A stretch of 31,760 nt of DNA from Candidatus Micrarchaeota archaeon (GTDB lineage Archaea; Micrarchaeota; Micrarchaeia; Norongarragalinales; SBBD01). The stretch is from NCBI GenBank assembly GCA_043813365.1, contig JBDRLB010000007.1:1-31760 (forward strand), read 5' to 3'. The notes under the pieces were generated by a model that saw only the letters and a program-made list of their open reading frames with translations, was not told where the DNA came from and searched no databases. Positions 28,207 through 31,760 of this stretch are shown here, one piece after another (within the stretch, counting starts at the first letter, position 1; every line of letters starts with the position of its first letter). The position numbers and the translations under genes are program-made.

Positions 28207-28668
28207 TCAAAACTTGAAATCCGCTTCGCCGTAAACTTTCTCGCAGAAATTGCATTGCAGCTTCAGGGGGTTCCGTTCCTTCACATGCAGCTTCGCAACT
28301 CCCTCCTTATTGGTGATGCAGTTCGGGTTCGGGCATTGCACCACTCCCTCAAGCACTTCCGGAAGCTTCACCTTGTACTTCTCAATCACTTCGAAATCCT
28401 TGATGATGTTGATGGTAGCTAAGGGCGCGATCAGGGCGATTTTCTCAAGCTCCTTCTTCCTCAGCTCCCTTCCCTCGATTTTGATGATGTCCTTCAGCCC
28501 TGACGAGCCCGAAGGCACGTTTATCAGCACCGAAACCGTGCCCTTGAACTCCTCGTTTATTCCGAGTATTGAAAGTAATTTCGTGGATTTCCCCTGAGGG
28601 ATATGGTCCACCACGATCCCACTTTCGATTTTCTTCACCTTCAGCATGTCCTTTTCAGTTTTTGCCAT
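28207..28668 (-). CDS. pyrI: Aspartate carbamoyltransferase regulatory chain
   Basis: GIVVDHI, KDIIKIE, ATINII, CPNPNCIT, CNFCE; GGTGA RBS. Confidence 0.96.
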   Translation of the reverse strand: MAKTEKDMLKVKKIESGIVVDHIPQGKSTKLLSILGINEEFKGTVSVLINVPSGSSGLKDIIKIEGRELRKKELEKIALIAPLATINIIKDFEVIEKYKVKLPEVLEGVVQCPNPNCITNKEGVAKLHVKERNPLKLQCNFCEKVYGEADFKF

Positions 28669-28885
28669 CTTCCTCACCTGCGGCCATCTCCATTTTTGTT
28701 GAAAGATAAACTGCAACGATCACAATCGCGATCCCGGCCATGCCCGCGACCTTCACATTCATCTCAAACCCCGACTGCGCAAGGCAAACTCCCGCGACTG
28801 CGCAAATGAGCAGGGTTGCGACCAGCACTTTCCGTGCATCCTTTGCCCTCCTCTCCCCTTCAGTTTTGTATGCGTACATTTTCAT
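28655..28885 (-). CDS. Small two-TM membrane protein between pyrB and pyrI
   Basis: 76 aa; ATGA overlap with the pyrB stop and 14-nt overlap with the pyrI start. Confidence 0.65.
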   Translation of the reverse strand: MKMYAYKTEGERRAKDARKVLVATLLICAVAGVCLAQSGFEMNVKVAGMAGIAIVIVAVYLSTKMEMAAGEEDGKN

Positions 28886-29793
28886 CCTTTCAGCATCAGC
28901 GACAGGATTGCCATCCTTGCCGGAATCCCGTTCGCCTCCTGCTCGAAATATTTCGCCCTCTTGTCCCTGTCAACTTCCGTTGCAATCTCATCCACCCTCG
29001 GAAGCGGGTGCATCAGGATCGCATCATCCTTGGCAGCCTTCATCATATTGTCATCAATTACGTATGCCGCTTTCTTGTATTCTTCCGGATCCTCTATCCT
29101 CTCCTTCTGTATCCTTGTAGCGTAGATCACGTCCGCCTTCGAAATGTCCAGGGAGGGCAGCTCCTCCACTTTGCAGCAGTTCCTCAAATCGTTCAGCATG
29201 GATGCCGGGAACCTGAGCTGTGCAGGCGAATAATATTGCAGCGTGACATTGTCGAATTTCGAGAGCGCAAATGAGAGCGAGTGGACCGTCCTCCCATATT
29301 TCAGGTCGCCGAGCATCAGCACCGTAAGCCCGTCCAGTTTCTTTTTTTCCTTCTTTATGGTGTACAAATCAAGCAGCGACTGGGAAGGATGCTGGTTGTT
29401 GCCATCCCCGGCATTTATTACGGGGACATCTGTGCAGGAAGCAGCCATTGCAGCCGCTCCCTCATTTGGGTGCCTTATCACGAACACATCCACCTGCGGC
29501 TCCATCGCCTTTATGGTGTCGTGCAGCGTCTCTCCTTTGCTGTGCGAAGTGCCCTTCGGGTCGGAGAATCCGAGTATGTCGCCGCCCTGCTTCCTCATTG
29601 CAGTAGTGAACGAGAACTGCGTCCTGGTTGATGGCTCGTAGAAAAGCGACGCCATCACCTTCCCCTTCAATTCGTTCGTTGTTTCCTTCTTCCTGAACTG
29701 GTGGTCCATTTTTTCTGCAAGCGAAAGCACTTCCTCTATCTCCTTCCTTTGCAGGTCAACTGACGTGATCAGGTCTCGGCCCTTCCAAACCAT
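28882..29793 (-). CDS. pyrB: Aspartate carbamoyltransferase catalytic chain
   Basis: FYEPSTRT, KGETL, NAGDG..HPSQ, GDLKYGRTVHS, RIQKER, MHPLPR. Confidence 0.97.
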   Translation of the reverse strand: MVWKGRDLITSVDLQRKEIEEVLSLAEKMDHQFRKKETTNELKGKVMASLFYEPSTRTQFSFTTAMRKQGGDILGFSDPKGTSHSKGETLHDTIKAMEPQVDVFVIRHPNEGAAAMAASCTDVPVINAGDGNNQHPSQSLLDLYTIKKEKKKLDGLTVLMLGDLKYGRTVHSLSFALSKFDNVTLQYYSPAQLRFPASMLNDLRNCCKVEELPSLDISKADVIYATRIQKERIEDPEEYKKAAYVIDDNMMKAAKDDAILMHPLPRVDEIATEVDRDKRAKYFEQEANGIPARMAILSLMLKG

Positions 29794-29957
29794 TGCAATC
29801 CCCTCTCTGCACTAGCAGATTAAGTTTCTGAAAGCATCAGGAAATATTATTCTACCTAAGGGTTTTTAAGAGGGCAGGATGGATTCACCACGCTGCTGTT
29901 TCGCAAAGTATATTAATTTGTCCATGTGTATGCTATCCTGGATTTTCTGGTGATCCC

Positions 29958-30119
29958 ATGGTCGTAAAAGAGGAGGCGTGCTGCCCGAAATGCTTCACAT
30001 TCAAATCATTTATAGTGCCCTTGATTTTCGACAATTCTGCAGCGACTTTCAGCTGCCCGCACGACAGCTTGCACATCTTCGTAGAGAACGAGGAAGGATT
30101 CCTACAGTCTAAGGACTAA
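29958..30119 (+). CDS. 53-aa putative zinc-ribbon microprotein (absent from the ORF track)
   Basis: MVVKEEACCPKCFTFKSFIVPLIFDNSAATFSCPHDSLHIFVENEEGFLQSKD; GGTGA RBS at 29949-29953; AT-rich box near 29909. Confidence 0.75.
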   Translation: MVVKEEACCPKCFTFKSFIVPLIFDNSAATFSCPHDSLHIFVENEEGFLQSKD

Positions 30120-30252
30120 CCGGACCTCTTTGATCACAGATTGCAATCCCCAAGCCCAAATTAAACTGATTGTTGATCCAAAATCAACCCAACTGATTTA
30201 TTCACTTGCCTAATCCCTATTTGCGGGTGCATCGGAACATTTATATTGCCTG

Positions 30253-30272
30253 AGTTATAATAAGTTATAACT
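30253..30272. promoter_or_regulatory. Inverted repeat, likely operator of the AbrB-VapC operon
   Basis: AGTTATAA-TAAG-TTATAACT between the TTTATA box and the RBS. Confidence 0.6.
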
Positions 30273-30282
30273 GGTGATTTGC

Positions 30283-30489
30283 ATGGAAACAGTCGAAGTG
30301 AAAGTAAGGCCAGTTGGAAACGCTCTCGGCCTGATACTGCCTGGGAAGCTCGTCAGGGAGGAAAAAATCAGGAGCGGCGAATCGGTGATGCTTACTGTGT
30401 TCAAGAGAAGGAAAGTGTCAATCGATTCCCTGCTGGGTTTGGCAAAAGGCGCGAAACCGTTCCAACGGGAGCACGGAGGCAGGAATTGA
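30283..30489 (+). CDS. AbrB/MazE-type antitoxin
   Basis: VKVRPVGNALGLILP..V..EKI..GE. Confidence 0.88.
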   Translation: METVEVKVRPVGNALGLILPGKLVREEKIRSGESVMLTVFKRRKVSIDSLLGLAKGAKPFQREHGGRN

Positions 30490-30497
30490 GGGATCAG

Positions 30498-30869
30498 ATG
30501 CTATTCGACACCTATGCCTGGGTTGAATTGCTTCTGGCAACCGAAAAAGGGAGCAGGGTTGCCGAATTGATGAAAGCGGAAAATCCCTCGATTTCGATCG
30601 CATCCATTCCCGAACTTGTTTCGTGGACATTGAGGAATGGCAAGGACCACGAGATGATACTGCACAAAGTCAAATCAGTTGCAGTGGTACTTCCGCTTAG
30701 CAATCAAATTGCCGAGTTAGCTGGGGAGATGCATTATCGGACCAAGCAAAGGATCCATGACTGGGGGATGGTGGATTCGATGATCTATTCCACTGCTCTT
30801 ACCTACGATTTGAAATTCGTGACCGGTGACCCCCATTTTGAAGGAATGCGGAACGTAATTTTCCTCTGA
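30498..30869 (+). CDS. vapC: PIN-domain toxin (VapC family)
   Basis: FDTYAWVE, E, GMVDSMI, VTGDPHF; alternative in-frame TTG at 30486. Confidence 0.9.
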   Translation: MLFDTYAWVELLLATEKGSRVAELMKAENPSISIASIPELVSWTLRNGKDHEMILHKVKSVAVVLPLSNQIAELAGEMHYRTKQRIHDWGMVDSMIYSTALTYDLKFVTGDPHFEGMRNVIFL

Positions 30870-30886
30870 GAACGCTCTTCCTGGCG

Positions 30887-30916
30887 TTAGCCTTTAATTA
30901 TTCCAATCGGAACCAC
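30887..30916 (-). pseudogene. Diverged duplicate of the rtcB 3' end (VVPIGIIKG-stop)
   Basis: 24 of 29 nt identical to 31018-31046; 4 of the 5 differences are at third codon positions. Confidence 0.8.
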
Positions 30917-31012
30917 TGCCTTGCCCCCTTTTTGGAAAAAAGGTTGCGTTGACAAAAAGTCAACTTATTGCGAGGCTAACGCCTCACAATGGCGATGGCC
31001 CCGCCGCCAAAA
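30917..31012 (-). repeat. Multi-hairpin cassette related to the tRNA intron and the pyrI-downstream repeat
   Basis: Minus strand: ATTGTGAGGC-GTTA-GCCTCGCAAT, GTTGAC/GTCAAC, CCTTTTT/AAAAAGG, then GGGGCAAGGCA. Confidence 0.65.
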
Positions 31013-31017
31013 AGCAT

Positions 31018-31760
31018 TTACCCTTTGATAACTCCAATCGGCACCATCTTCGCGACAATTTTCGAGATCCCGGCAAGTTCAACCGCTTTCACCACTTCAT
31101 CAACGTTCTTATAGGCGCCTCCGAATTCCTCCGCAAGCAGATCATAAGAGCCCGCCTGTATCGCCTGCCCCTTCTGCTCCATCTGCTTTACAATTTCCCT
31201 ACCGGAGAATTTCCTTGTCGCTTCATGCCTGCTCATGACCCTTCCTGCACCATGGCAGCTGCTGCCGAAAGTGACCGCAGCCCCGGGCAATCCGCACAGC
31301 AAGTAAGAGGCGGTATTCATCGAACCCGGAATTATCACAGGCTGCCCTACGTTCCTGTATGCCTGCGGCACCTCCTTCCTCCCCTTCCAGAATGCGCGCG
31401 TTGCGCCCTTCCTATGGACGCATACCTTTTTCGTTTTCCCCTGCACTTCATGCTCCTCGAATTTCGCGATATTGTGGCATACATCATAAACCAATGAAAG
31501 GTCATAATCCTCCCATTTCCCCCCGAACACCTGCTGGAAGGTTTCCCTGCACCAATGGGTCATCAACTGGCGGTTGTTGAATGCGAAATTAATTGCTGTG
31601 CGCATCGCCTGCAAATAATCCTGCGCTTCGGGGGCAGAAAGCGGCGCGTATGACAATTCCCTGTCAGGCAATTGCCAGTTGTTCCTCTGTATCGCGCCCA
31701 TCATCGTCCGGATGAAATCATCGCAAATTTGATGCCCGTATCCCCTGCTTCCGGAATGCA
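31018..31760 (-). CDS. rtcB: tRNA-splicing ligase RtcB, 5' part outside the window
   Basis: Frame is open to the window edge with HSGSRG; also HN, HRKGAT, PGSM, HGAGR, AYK. Confidence 0.96.
   Translation of the reverse strand, partial: HSGSRGYGHQICDDFIRTMMGAIQRNNWQLPDRELSYAPLSAPEAQDYLQAMRTAINFAFNNRQLMTHWCRETFQQVFGGKWEDYDLSLVYDVCHNIAKFEEHEVQGKTKKVCVHRKGATRAFWKGRKEVPQAYRNVGQPVIIPGSMNTASYLLCGLPGAAVTFGSSCHGAGRVMSRHEATRKFSGREIVKQMEQKGQAIQAGSYDLLAEEFGGAYKNVDEVVKAVELAGISKIVAKMVPIGVIKG

Noticed and set aside
28130..28255. Basic N-terminal extension of the HAD ORF
   Set aside because: It is a translation of the repeat and the pyrI end; the HAD fold starts at 28129
30279..30485. N-terminal extension of the 196-aa VapC ORF
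   Set aside because: Out-of-frame overlap with the AbrB antitoxin gene
30917..31047. mRNA intron joining rtcB to the duplicate tail
   Set aside because: I could not build a bulge-helix-bulge at the candidate junctions by eye, and the product would be nearly identical
1..31760. CRISPR array, IS transposase, integrase, rRNA or intein
   Set aside because: No repeat-spacer periodicity or diagnostic motifs seen; aIF5B and the visible part of RtcB look uninterrupted

Overview
Archaeal chromosomal window. Gene content and TATA/GGTGA signals suggest a DPANN lineage, possibly Micrarchaeota (inference). Housekeeping genes: ftsZ1-type and ftsZ2-type ftsZ, valS, infB (aIF5B), purB, pyrB, pyrI, a Brix-domain protein, oapA/arvA and oapB, a 5'-truncated rtcB, and an intron-containing tRNA-Leu(CAA). 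Envelope genes: an Ig-like repeat glycoprotein, a DUF4139 protein, two GT-C-like membrane proteins, DedA, a TauE/SafE permease, an apparently inactive rhomboid and a 1399-aa surface protein. There are two toxin-antitoxin pairs with palindromic operators and several small membrane ORFs. The most unusual signals are non-coding. A degenerate hairpin repeat family occurs four times: one copy makes up most of the 82-nt tRNA intron, an inverted copy abuts tRNA position +1, one follows pyrI, and one separates the rtcB stop from a second, synonymously diverged copy of the last rtcB codons. No CRISPR array, transposase or integrase was seen.
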